Origin: Alphaproteobacteria bacterium
GTDB taxonomy: Bacteria > Pseudomonadota > Alphaproteobacteria > DSM-16000 > Inquilinaceae
Direction of reading: 5' to 3'
Length of the DNA: 64,000 nt
NCBI GenBank assembly: GCA_028277405.1
Contig: JANQGH010000078.1
Coordinates: forward strand, 31,557-95,556
Shown here: piece after piece, positions 43,149-52,054 of the stretch
Position numbering within the stretch: the stretch's first letter is position 1
Layout of the letters: the number at the start of each line of letters is the position of its first letter
Made by a program: the position numbers and the translations under genes
The notes under the pieces: generated by a model
Told to the model about the DNA's origin: nothing
The model's database searches: none
Seen by the model: the letters and a program-made list of their open reading frames with translations, nothing else

Positions 43149-44201
43149 ATGACCATGACAAAACTGAAGCTACTGACGGCCGCGCTGGCAACAGCCGCAT
43201 TCACGCTGCCCGCCTTTGCCCAGGAGACGACGACCCTTCGGATCGGCAACTGGCTGCCGCCGCACCACCTGATCGTCTCGGGCATCCTGCAGCCTTGGGC
43301 CGATGCGATCGAGGCGGAAACCGATGGATCCCTTCAGTTCGAACTCATGACCTCGGCCCTCGGGCCGCCGCCGGCACAGTTCGACCTGTTGCTCGACCAG
43401 GCGTTCGATGTCGGCTATGGCGTCAGCGGTCACAATGCCGGTCGTTTCACGATGACCCAGGTGATGGACCTGCCGTTCATGTCGCCCGACCCGTGGGCCG
43501 GTTCGGCTGCCGCCTGGCAGACCTATGACCGCTTTGGCGACGACTATGGGGAGCACGACGGCGCCCATGTGGTGGGCCTCTTCGTCCACTCCAATCCCAA
43601 CATCAACATGGCCGATGGCCGGGTCGAGACGCTGGCCGATTTGGAAGGCAGAACGATCCGCGTCGGCGGCAATGTGACGGGCCGGATCATGTCGGAGCTG
43701 GGTGCTTCGCCGGTGCAACTGCCGCCGACCGAGGCGCAGACGGCAATGGCGCGCGGTGTGGCCGACGGGATCACCTTCCCGCTGGAATCCATCGACTTTT
43801 TCGGCATCACGCCGGTGATCAACTCGATCACCCGGATACCAGGCGGCCTTTACACCGACACGTTCTGGATTGCCTTCAATCAGGACAGTTGGGATGCCCT
43901 GACCGAAGAGCAGCAGGCCGCCGTCACCAAGCATTCGGGCATGGCCATCGCGCTTCTGGCGGGCTTTGCCTGGACCAATGGCGACACCTATGGCGAAAGC
44001 CAGTTGATCGCGAATGATGTGGAGTTCATCACCCTGCCGGAGGAAGACGTCGCGGCCGCCCGCGAAATCCTGTCGCCGCTGGAAACGGAATGGCTGGAAC
44101 AGGCAAACGAGCGCGGCTTCGATGGCGAAGCGATCCTCAACTATGCCCGCGCCATGGTCGACCACTACGACACCGCAAGGGTCGTCAACGTCGTTCAATG
44201 A
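43149..44201 (+). CDS. TRAP substrate-binding protein (DctP family)
   Basis: 350 aa with signal peptide MTMTKLKLLTAALATAAFTLPAFA. It is followed by DctQ- and DctM-type genes. Confidence 0.85.
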   Translation: MTMTKLKLLTAALATAAFTLPAFAQETTTLRIGNWLPPHHLIVSGILQPWADAIEAETDGSLQFELMTSALGPPPAQFDLLLDQAFDVGYGVSGHNAGRFTMTQVMDLPFMSPDPWAGSAAAWQTYDRFGDDYGEHDGAHVVGLFVHSNPNINMADGRVETLADLEGRTIRVGGNVTGRIMSELGASPVQLPPTEAQTAMARGVADGITFPLESIDFFGITPVINSITRIPGGLYTDTFWIAFNQDSWDALTEEQQAAVTKHSGMAIALLAGFAWTNGDTYGESQLIANDVEFITLPEEDVAAAREILSPLETEWLEQANERGFDGEAILNYARAMVDHYDTARVVNVVQ

Positions 44202-44202
44202 C

Positions 44203-44246
44203 GGAGACCGGCGGCACCTAGAACTGTGGTGCCGCCGGCCGTCTCC
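44203..44246 (+). terminator. Long GC stem-loop directly after the TRAP SBP gene
   Basis: GGAGAC-CGGCGGCACC-tagaactgt-GGTGCCGCCG-(gcc bulge)-GTCTCC gives 10 plus 6 bp of pairing. It starts 2 nt after the stop and is followed by ...GGCTTCTT. Confidence 0.55.
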
Positions 44247-44281
44247 GGACGGCTTCTTACGTTCATGCCAAGGGTGCTTCG

Positions 44282-44785
44282 ATGGGGCTCACGGCGGTTT
44301 TTGACAAGGTATGCCTGACCCTCGCCTGGGCTTCGGGCGCGATCGCCGCCTTCGTCATGACCGTGACCTTTGTCGGCGTGGTGATGCGCTATGTCTTTCG
44401 TGACCCGCTAATGGGCGGGTTCGAAATGATCGAGATCGGCATGGGATTGATGGTCTTCACGGCCCTGCCCCTGATGGTTCGCAGGCGCGGGAACATCGCA
44501 GTCACGGTGCTGTCGGACCGCTTTCCGCCCGGGCTGGCGCGTGCGACGACGACGCTGTCCAATCTGGTCGGGGCGGCGTTGACCGGTTTCATCGCCTGGC
44601 GGGTCTGGCTGCAGGGCGAACGTCTCTTGACCTACGGCGAAGTGACCATGGAGTTGCGCGTGCCAAGAGGCCTGATCGCGCAAGGCATGGCCAGCCTTCT
44701 GGCCATCGCCGCCCTGGCCTTCCTCCTCTGCGCCGTCGAGGCCATCCGGCGGTCCAAGACCGACCCTGCGGGCGCAACCTCTTGA
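44282..44785 (+). CDS. TRAP transporter small permease (DctQ family)
   Basis: 167-aa hydrophobic ORF whose stop overlaps the DctM start. Confidence 0.85.
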   Translation: MGLTAVFDKVCLTLAWASGAIAAFVMTVTFVGVVMRYVFRDPLMGGFEMIEIGMGLMVFTALPLMVRRRGNIAVTVLSDRFPPGLARATTTLSNLVGAALTGFIAWRVWLQGERLLTYGEVTMELRVPRGLIAQGMASLLAIAALAFLLCAVEAIRRSKTDPAGATS

Positions 44786-46086
44786 TGGGCGTCTGGGAAA
44801 TCGCCGCCATATCCTTTGGCGGTGTCTTCGTCCTGATGATGACCGGCATGCCCATTGCCTTGGCCATGTTGCTGGTGGGGCTGGCCGGCATCTGGACCAA
44901 CATCTCCGAGCGCACGGCCATGGGCATGATCGGACAGTTGCCGATCAATGCCACCATGTCCTATGAGCTGTCGGTCCTGCCGATGTTCATCCTGATGGGG
45001 GTTTTCGTCACCCGTTCGCGGATGTCCGAGGACCTTTATCGCCTTTGCCACGGGTTTGTCGGCCATATGCGTGGCGGCCTGGCGGCGGCCACGATCCTGG
45101 CCTGCGGCGGATTCTCCGCCCTCAGCGGGTCTTCCATCGCCACGGCCGCGACGATGGCCAAGGTCGCCGTGCCAGAGATGCGCCGCTACGGCTATTCCGA
45201 CGGATTTGCCGCCTCAGCCGTGGCGGCCGGCGGCACGCTTGGTATTCTGATCCCGCCTTCGGTGATCCTGGTGCTGTACGGCATCGCTACGGGCACCGAT
45301 ATCGGCGCGCTGTTCCTGGCCGGGGTGCTGCCCGGCATTCTGGCGATCCTGCTTTATCTGGCGGCGATCCGGATCACCGCCAGCATCGACCCCTCTCGCG
45401 CCCCGTCCGCGCCCCGTCTGCCCTGGTCCGAACGGATCAGCCGTTTTCGCAGCATCGGCCCCATCCTGCTTTTGTTCGTCGCGATCATCGGCGGCCTGTA
45501 TCTGGGCGTCTTCACGCCCACCGAGGCCGGCGGTGTTGGCGCGACCGGGGCGCTTGCCTTCGCCCTATGGCGGCGTGCCCTGTCGTTCAGGGACTTTGTC
45601 GCCTCGCTGGTCGAGACGGTGCTGACGACGGCCAGCCTGTTCCTGGTGCTGATCGGCGCGCTGGTGTTTTCCAATTTCATGAACCTGATCGGCCTGCCGG
45701 CAGCGCTCTCCGATCTGATCACCTCTCTCGGGCTCGGGCCGATCGCGGTGATCCTGGCGATATTCGCGGTTTATCTCGTGCTCGGCATGTTCATGGAGAG
45801 CCTGTCGATGATCCTGCTGACGGTGCCGATCTTCTTTCCCATCGTCACCGAGATGGGCTTCGATCCGATCTGGTTCGGCATCTTCGCGGTCATGGTGACG
45901 GAACTGTCCCTGATCACCCCACCCGTGGGCCTCAACATCTTCGTCATCAAATCCGTGATTTCCGACCTGTCCGTCGGCAAGATCTATCGCGGCATCCTGC
46001 CCTTCGTGCTGGCGGATATCGTGCGCATTGTCACGATCATCGCAGTACCCTGGATTGTTCTGGTTGTGCCACAGATGGCGCGATAG
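44782..46086 (+). CDS. TRAP transporter large permease (DctM family)
   Basis: 434-aa polytopic ORF, collinear with the first DctM (1562-2854). Confidence 0.9.
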   Translation: MMGVWEIAAISFGGVFVLMMTGMPIALAMLLVGLAGIWTNISERTAMGMIGQLPINATMSYELSVLPMFILMGVFVTRSRMSEDLYRLCHGFVGHMRGGLAAATILACGGFSALSGSSIATAATMAKVAVPEMRRYGYSDGFAASAVAAGGTLGILIPPSVILVLYGIATGTDIGALFLAGVLPGILAILLYLAAIRITASIDPSRAPSAPRLPWSERISRFRSIGPILLLFVAIIGGLYLGVFTPTEAGGVGATGALAFALWRRALSFRDFVASLVETVLTTASLFLVLIGALVFSNFMNLIGLPAALSDLITSLGLGPIAVILAIFAVYLVLGMFMESLSMILLTVPIFFPIVTEMGFDPIWFGIFAVMVTELSLITPPVGLNIFVIKSVISDLSVGKIYRGILPFVLADIVRIVTIIAVPWIVLVVPQMAR

Positions 46087-46097
46087 GGGGCCGGACC

Positions 46098-46679
46098 ATG
46101 GGTGCCAAACAACCGTCGTCGCGCTCCCGGGCTGGTCAAAAACGGCGAACCGTGCCGAGCACGAACGCACAAGACATGCCGGCCCCGGGGGTCGCCCTAA
46201 CCTATGAAGACCGCCCCGTCCCGGAAGACGATCAGATCGATCACGGCATTCTGCACGAGTTTGTCGGCCTCTATCTGCGCGTGGCCTATGAGGCGGCCTA
46301 TGGTGATTTCGTCAAACGGCTGGGGCCGGAGGCGCTCAAGCCCGGCTACTTCACGATCCTGACCCTGATCGTGCACAATCCGTGGATCAGCCAGACCCAG
46401 ATCGGTACGGCCTCGGCGCGCGACAAATCCACGGTGACCAAGGCGCTGCGCTGGATGGAGGACACCGGCCTGATCACGCGCCACACCTCCGCGCGCGACC
46501 GCCGCGCACATCTCAGCGTTGCCACCGACAAAGGCATCGAAATGCAGGCGCGCATGGAAGCCAAGGCCGTATCCCATCTCGCGGCGTTGAACGACGCGAT
46601 CGGGCCGGAGAGATGTGACGAGTTCATCCAGATACTCAAAGACATGGCCGAAAACCTTCGCCGCCCAGGCAAGGATTAG
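46098..46679 (+). CDS. MarR-family transcriptional regulator
   Basis: The wHTH motif ...GYFTILTLIVHNPWISQTQIGTASARDKSTVTKALRWMEDTGLITRHTSARDRRAHLSVATDKG... is present. The start is uncertain (46098, or the ATG near 46167). The tracked ORF from 45045 is an out-of-frame overlap with dctM. Confidence 0.8.
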   Translation: MGAKQPSSRSRAGQKRRTVPSTNAQDMPAPGVALTYEDRPVPEDDQIDHGILHEFVGLYLRVAYEAAYGDFVKRLGPEALKPGYFTILTLIVHNPWISQTQIGTASARDKSTVTKALRWMEDTGLITRHTSARDRRAHLSVATDKGIEMQARMEAKAVSHLAALNDAIGPERCDEFIQILKDMAENLRRPGKD

Positions 46680-46782
46680 ACTTGGGCTTGAAAGGGCATT
46701 GTCACAGGAACGAGGCAGATCGGCAGGACTTGCCGAGATCCGGTCGGAAGTCATGCCGCAAGCGGTTCATCTGATCAGGCCG

Positions 46783-47703
46783 TCATGCGGGGTCATTGAT
46801 CTCAAGGACCAGGCGAATGCCATAGGGGTCAAACAGATCGAGGCAGGTCGCGTCACCGTGGGTTTCGACCGCGAAACCTCGGCTGCGGGCGGCTGTTGCA
46901 GCAGCGCCAGTCTCACCAACCGAGATACGCAGATCTCCGCAGAACGGACCCGCCGGCCAGTCCGCGCGCGGCAGAGACCCTGGGCCAATCGCGATCTCGG
47001 CAGCGCCGAACCGGACGCCGCCGGCAACAGCAGTGCCCCCCGCCGCGACCATGCGGGCGGCCAACGTCGCCTCCTCAGAGGGCTCGCAATAGACACGAAA
47101 CCCCGCGATGGCGTGCGCGCCATTGGCGTGGTCCAGAACCGCCGCGTCGCGCAGGAGTTCCGGCGTGCGGTGCTGGGTCCAGCACAACAGCGCCTCGTCC
47201 GCCGGGTCATAGTCGGCCACAAAGAAGGAAAAACGCGCCTCCCCCTCGACCGCGGGCCGCCTGACCGGGCGGGACCAGTCCATTACCGGACTGAGCGGCA
47301 GCCCGGTGATGTCGCGCGCGGCCACTCGGGCATCGGCCACACCGAAGGCGATGATATGCAGGCCGAAATGCTTGGCCTGTGCCCGCGACAGCAGATGCGA
47401 CCCGGGCGGACCGGTGATTTCCTGCAGCTCGATGTAACCGTCGCGCAGCATGATCGAGCATTGCTCGCTGCCGGCGTGGTTTCCGTCACCATCCAGATGG
47501 GCGGCGCGCGGTGTCAGGGTGAAGCCAAGGGCGGCGAAATCCTCCGCCGCCCGTGTCAGGTCGGGCACCAACAGCCCGACATGGTCGAGCGTGACGGTGC
47601 CCCTGCTCTCGTCGCTCACCAGGGAAGTAACCTCAGCGCCAATGGGCGGGCGTCGAGAACCCTGCGCTCGCCGGATCGCTTTCCACAAAGGCGCGGTAGT
47701 CAT
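46783..47703 (-). CDS. Glyoxalase/VOC-like two-domain protein
   Basis: ...VTLDHVGLLVPDLTRAAEDFAALGFTLTPRAAH...GYIELQEI... matches the Glyoxalase_3-type pattern. The tracked start overlaps metQ by 70 nt; an in-frame GTG at 47618 avoids the overlap. Confidence 0.7.
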   Translation of the reverse strand: MTTAPLWKAIRRAQGSRRPPIGAEVTSLVSDESRGTVTLDHVGLLVPDLTRAAEDFAALGFTLTPRAAHLDGDGNHAGSEQCSIMLRDGYIELQEITGPPGSHLLSRAQAKHFGLHIIAFGVADARVAARDITGLPLSPVMDWSRPVRRPAVEGEARFSFFVADYDPADEALLCWTQHRTPELLRDAAVLDHANGAHAIAGFRVYCEPSEEATLAARMVAAGGTAVAGGVRFGAAEIAIGPGSLPRADWPAGPFCGDLRISVGETGAAATAARSRGFAVETHGDATCLDLFDPYGIRLVLEINDPA

Positions 47704-48436
47704 CTGACATATAGGCGGCGATCAAGGCCTGCGCCCAGTCGGTCGACTCGTTGCCCTCGCGGCCGACAAGTGTGATCTGATACTGCAGTGCGGGGTCCTC
47801 CAAGGCGAAGGACTGGCTCAGCAGATTGCCCGAGGCGATGACGTGATTGCCCAGGGCAGCCGCGACATCGACATCGGCCATGGCGCGCATGATCTGCGGC
47901 GCATCCAGCGGCACGATCTCCAAATCTCTCGGGTTGTCGGCGATGTCGGTCTCGGTGGCGCGGGTCGGATTGACGCCGTCGCTGATGGTAATCAGCCCCA
48001 GCTCCTGCAGGAACGCCAGCGCCCGGCCCAGATTCGTCGGGTCATTTGGAACCGCGATGGACATGCCGTCCTCGATCCCGTCGACGGAGGAGACCGAGTT
48101 GGAATAAAGGCCCAGAGGCGCCGACGGGATATGCAGATAGGAGACCAGATCGCCGTCATTCTCTTCATTGAAGAGATTCATCCAGCCGTCATTCTGGAAG
48201 ACGTTGGCGTCAAGGTCGCCATCCAGCAGGGCGGTATTGGGCTGGATCGCGTTGGAGAATTCCACCGTCTCGATGGTGTAGCCCTGCTCTTCCAGGATCG
48301 GTCTGATCCCGCGCTCGAACTGGTCGGCATAGGGGCCGGGGAAAAAGCCCATGCGGATGGTGTCTTGGGCCTGCGCCAGCCCCGAGGCCAGGACAAGCGT
48401 GGTGCCGACGAGGCCGGCGGTAACAACTGTTTTCAT
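47633..48436 (-). CDS. metQ: MetQ/NlpA-family methionine-binding lipoprotein
   Basis: 267 aa with a signal sequence, followed by ...IRMGFFPGPYADQFE... and ...NDPTNLGRALAFLQELGLI.... Confidence 0.85.
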   Translation of the reverse strand: MKTVVTAGLVGTTLVLASGLAQAQDTIRMGFFPGPYADQFERGIRPILEEQGYTIETVEFSNAIQPNTALLDGDLDANVFQNDGWMNLFNEENDGDLVSYLHIPSAPLGLYSNSVSSVDGIEDGMSIAVPNDPTNLGRALAFLQELGLITISDGVNPTRATETDIADNPRDLEIVPLDAPQIMRAMADVDVAAALGNHVIASGNLLSQSFALEDPALQYQITLVGREGNESTDWAQALIAAYMSDDYRAFVESDPASAGFSTPAHWR

Positions 48437-48460
48437 TGGTCGTCTCCCTGGTTTTGGGCC

Positions 48461-49123
48461 CTAACGTTTGTCGACGGCGCGTGCGGCCCAGCTGCCCAGC
48501 CATTGCGTTAGCTGGACAAGGACGAACATGACGATCACGCACCAGATCATCACTTCGGTTTCAAAACGGTAATAGCCGTAGCGGATGGCCAGATCGCCAA
48601 TGCCACCCGCACCGATGGCGCCCGCGACGGCGGAATAGGCGATAAAGCTGATCGCGGTGATGGTGAGCGACGAGACGAGCGCCGGCATCGCCTCGGGCAA
48701 CAGGACGAGCCGCACGATCTGCGCATAGGAGGCGCCGGCCGAGATCGCGGCATCTACCACCCCACGGGGCACATCACGCAGGGACTGTTCGACAAGACGT
48801 GCAAAAAACGGGATCGCGGCAACCGAAAGCCCAACGGCGGCGGCGCGCGGCCCGATGGAGGTGCCTACCAGAAACCGGGTCACCGGGATCAGGATCACGA
48901 GCAGGATGATGAACGGGAAAGAGCGCAGCGCGTTCACCGCGTAGCCCAGAACCTCGTTGAACCAGCGCCGTTCCATCAACCCCCCGCGTCCGGTCAGATA
49001 GAGGACGAGGCCCAACGGCCCGCCGACAATGATGGCGACGCCCATGGTGATGCCCACCATCAGCAGCGTCTCCCAGATCGCCTTTTGCAGAAGATCGCCG
49101 TATTGAACGAGAGCATCGAACAT
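48461..49123 (-). CDS. metI: Methionine ABC transporter permease
   Basis: The ATG at 49123 gives MFDALVQYGDLLQKAIWETLLMVG..., a polytopic protein of about 220 aa. The tracked start at 49309 runs into metN. Confidence 0.85.
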   Translation of the reverse strand: MFDALVQYGDLLQKAIWETLLMVGITMGVAIIVGGPLGLVLYLTGRGGLMERRWFNEVLGYAVNALRSFPFIILLVILIPVTRFLVGTSIGPRAAAVGLSVAAIPFFARLVEQSLRDVPRGVVDAAISAGASYAQIVRLVLLPEAMPALVSSLTITAISFIAYSAVAGAIGAGGIGDLAIRYGYYRFETEVMIWCVIVMFVLVQLTQWLGSWAARAVDKR

Positions 49124-49133
49124 GAAAGTGACC

Positions 49134-49931
49134 TCAGGCGCTGCCGTCGGGCAGGACGGTTTCGTCGGTCCAGCCCTTCGCGGTTTCCAAGAAGAACTGC
49201 CCGAGCGGCGAGGCAGGGCGCGGATCGGACATATCGATCCATTCCCGGATCGCCCCGTCCTGCATGATCGCGCAGCGCTGGCAGACATAGTCGGCCACCT
49301 TGATGTCATGCGTGACGATCACGATGGTCGTGCCCCGCTCTGCATTCAGCCGCTTCAGAAAACGCAGGATCGAGAGCGACGTATGCGGATCCAGCGCCGA
49401 GGTCGCCTCGTCGCACAATAGCACGTCGGGTTCGTTGACGAGCGCGCGGGCGATGGCTACCCGCTGGCGCTGACCCCCTGAAAGCTGTGCCGGATAGGCA
49501 TCGACCTTGTCCTCCAAGCCGACGACCTTAAGCGCTTCTCGGGCGCGCTCACGCCGTTCGCGCCGGCCCACACCCGCAACTCTGAGGGCAAAGGCCACGT
49601 TGCCCAACGCGGTTTCGTGGCTGAGCAGATTGAACAGCTGAAAGATCATCCCGATCTTTCGCCGCTGCCGGCGCAACGGCGCTTCGCCTAGCGACGTCAG
49701 ATCGGCGCCGGCGACCTGCACGACGCCGGTTGTCGGCGTCTCCAGCATGTTCATCAAGCGCAAGAGTGTCGATTTGCCCGCGCCGGAGAAGCCCAGCAGG
49801 CCCACGATCTCGCCCGGCGCTATGGTCAGATCGGTCGGTCGCAAGGCGTCGACAGGCCCGGCCTCGGTCTGGAACCGTTTGGAGACATTACGCATGTCGA
49901 TGGCGGGCGCTGCATTTGCGCGAGCGGTCAC
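49134..49931 (-). CDS. metN: Methionine-type ABC transporter ATPase, short form without a C-terminal NIL domain
   Basis: Walker A GFSGAGKST, signature LSGGQRQRV and Walker B LLCDEATSALD are present. At 265 aa, only about 30 residues follow the ABC core. Confidence 0.8.
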   Translation of the reverse strand: MTARANAAPAIDMRNVSKRFQTEAGPVDALRPTDLTIAPGEIVGLLGFSGAGKSTLLRLMNMLETPTTGVVQVAGADLTSLGEAPLRRQRRKIGMIFQLFNLLSHETALGNVAFALRVAGVGRRERRERAREALKVVGLEDKVDAYPAQLSGGQRQRVAIARALVNEPDVLLCDEATSALDPHTSLSILRFLKRLNAERGTTIVIVTHDIKVADYVCQRCAIMQDGAIREWIDMSDPRPASPLGQFFLETAKGWTDETVLPDGSA

Positions 49932-50013
49932 GCGGCGTCTCCCTGCGGATAGAGGGCAGTCGGTGGCGCGGAGAAGGCATCGGGCGCGATACGGGCCGGT
50001 GTCTCCCGCCTGC

Positions 50014-50688
50014 TCATTCCGCTGCGTCCCGAACAGAGAGACCTACGATGCAGGCCTTAGCGGCAAGCACATGGGCCCGCATGACGTTTTCGGCCCAATC
50101 GGGCTCTCGCGCCTCGATGGCGTCGACCAGCTCTTCATGGTGCTGCGCGCTGCGGATCATCGCGCGGTCGGAGTAGCTGCGATAGGTCCACGCCACCACG
50201 CCCACATCCACGACCGCAGCGATGATGACCTGCAAGCGCGGGGATTTCGCGGCATTGTAAAGCAGGCGGTGAAAGGCCTCATTGGCTTGTGCGATCGCGT
50301 CGAAGTCCGCATTGCTGCGCGCCGGTGTGCGTGCGCTCATCACCTCGGCCAGCGTGCGCAGCCTGGCGATGTCTTCGGGCGTGCAGTTGAGCGCCGCCTG
50401 CCGCGCAGCATACGCCTCAATCCGCGCTCTGATCTCAAAGACGTACAGCAACTCTTCGGGCGCAAATTCGGCAACACGGGTTGAGTAGCCTTCGCCGCGT
50501 TCAACAAACCCTTCCGAGATCAGCCGTCCGATGGCCTCGCGCACGGGCGTCCTGCTCAGCTCAAGTCGCTCGGCCTGAGCCGTTTCTGTCAAGCGGTGCC
50601 CGGCGGGCAGCGTCCCGTTGAGGATATCGGCACGCAACCTGCTATAGGCCGTGTAGGTCGCATTCTGGCGATCGGTGAGCTTGGGCAT
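50014..50688 (-). CDS. GntR-family regulator (FadR/FCD subfamily)
   Basis: ...LRADILNGTLPAGHRLTETAQAERLELSRTPVREAIGRLISEGFV... is followed by a helical FCD-type C-domain. Confidence 0.85.
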   Translation of the reverse strand: MPKLTDRQNATYTAYSRLRADILNGTLPAGHRLTETAQAERLELSRTPVREAIGRLISEGFVERGEGYSTRVAEFAPEELLYVFEIRARIEAYAARQAALNCTPEDIARLRTLAEVMSARTPARSNADFDAIAQANEAFHRLLYNAAKSPRLQVIIAAVVDVGVVAWTYRSYSDRAMIRSAQHHEELVDAIEAREPDWAENVMRAHVLAAKACIVGLSVRDAAE

Positions 50689-51006
50689 GCCGCACCCCTG
50701 TCAGGCGGAAAGACACCGGCAATGAACACCACGACGCGTTCGAGACCCGGATACTTTCTGTATACCAAATCGTAAACATCCGGTCGGACAGCGCAAGATC
50801 AAATGCGATCTAAGGCAGTTTTGCATACAGAATTGTGGGAGCTGCTCGCGCGAACTGCCAAGGGAAGCAGCATCGCATGAGTGATCGTCTGGGATTGCTC
50901 CGACGAAATGGACATCATGAGCGAGTGACCTTTACCAAGGATCGATCTAACTGCTCAGTCCGGAATGCCGCTTGGCAAATAGGCCGAACCGGGGCAGCGT
51001 TTCGTC

Positions 51007-51930
51007 ATGTTCGATCGCATCGCCGATATGAGCCGGTTTCTGATGATCGTCGAGGCCGGTAGCTTTCATGAAGCCGCCGCCAGGCTGGAAACCAGCCAGC
51101 CCGCGTTGTCGCGGATCGTGAAAAAACTGGAGGGAGAGTGCGGCGGACCGCTGTTCGATCGCTTGCCGCGGGGTGTTGCGCTCACGCCGTTGGGTGCGCT
51201 GGTCGCCGAGCGGTGCCGCAGCATCCTGCGGGAATGTGAAGTGGCAACGGATGATATACGATCCTATACCAGCGGCCAACGCGGCACCATTCGCTTGTCC
51301 TCGGGTCCCGTTTGGATCTTTGCGATCCTGCCGCAGATTATGCCGGCGCTTCACGCGAGGTTTCCCCGCGTCGAGGTGCACCTGACGTCGCGGGGATACT
51401 ACGACGCGGTCAAACTGCTCGAGCAAGGCCTCCTTGACGTCCATGTCGGTGGCTTCGACTCCGAGGCGCCGTTACCGGTTCATTTGACCAGGGTGCCGCT
51501 ATTGGATCTCCGCCTGGGCGTTGTGGCCGTCCCCGATCATCCGGTCTTCGGTCGGCCGGCGAAGCTTGATCACCTGGCTGACTTTCCGTGGCTCGATTAC
51601 GGCCTGCGTCGCCCGGTCGACAGCCATGTTTGGCCCGGCGCCGACGATATCGAGCAGGAGGTCTTCGAGAGGACGGGCCGCCGCTTCCGCACCATCGTGC
51701 GGTGCGATGCGTCTGGTCTGGCTCTGATGCGTGCACAACCCTATTTCGCCTATCTGCCCGTTACGATCGCCGAAAACATGCCAGGACTGAAGCTCAAGGA
51801 AGTGCCAATAGGTCTCGACGAGAGGATTTTCGGCGCCGGCATCGTGCTTCGACGGTCGATGTTACGAAACCCGGTCGTCGAACAGCTGATCGAATCTCAT
51901 CGTGAGTTCATTGCCGGGCTGCTTACGTGA
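51007..51930 (+). CDS. LysR-family transcriptional regulator
   Basis: MFDRIADMSRFLMIVEAGSFHEAAARLETSQPALSRIVKKLE... is followed by a LysR substrate-binding domain. Confidence 0.9.
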   Translation: MFDRIADMSRFLMIVEAGSFHEAAARLETSQPALSRIVKKLEGECGGPLFDRLPRGVALTPLGALVAERCRSILRECEVATDDIRSYTSGQRGTIRLSSGPVWIFAILPQIMPALHARFPRVEVHLTSRGYYDAVKLLEQGLLDVHVGGFDSEAPLPVHLTRVPLLDLRLGVVAVPDHPVFGRPAKLDHLADFPWLDYGLRRPVDSHVWPGADDIEQEVFERTGRRFRTIVRCDASGLALMRAQPYFAYLPVTIAENMPGLKLKEVPIGLDERIFGAGIVLRRSMLRNPVVEQLIESHREFIAGLLT

Positions 51931-52054
51931 AGCGATCAGGTTCTGTTATCGAAATCGTAATTCGTTGACATGGATGGCATGTCTTCAGACCGTTAGTCTT
52001 GGCACGGAATCAATAGGCGGCGTGTTCAGCCGCCACTGAGTGGGAGGAGAGGCC

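Noticed and set aside
49932-50013. SAM riboswitch or other leader upstream of metN
   Set aside because: Only 82 nt separate metN from the preceding same-strand GntR gene. I could not see the conserved pseudoknot or helix pattern of SAM-II or SAM-V type elements. An Infernal scan would be needed to be certain.
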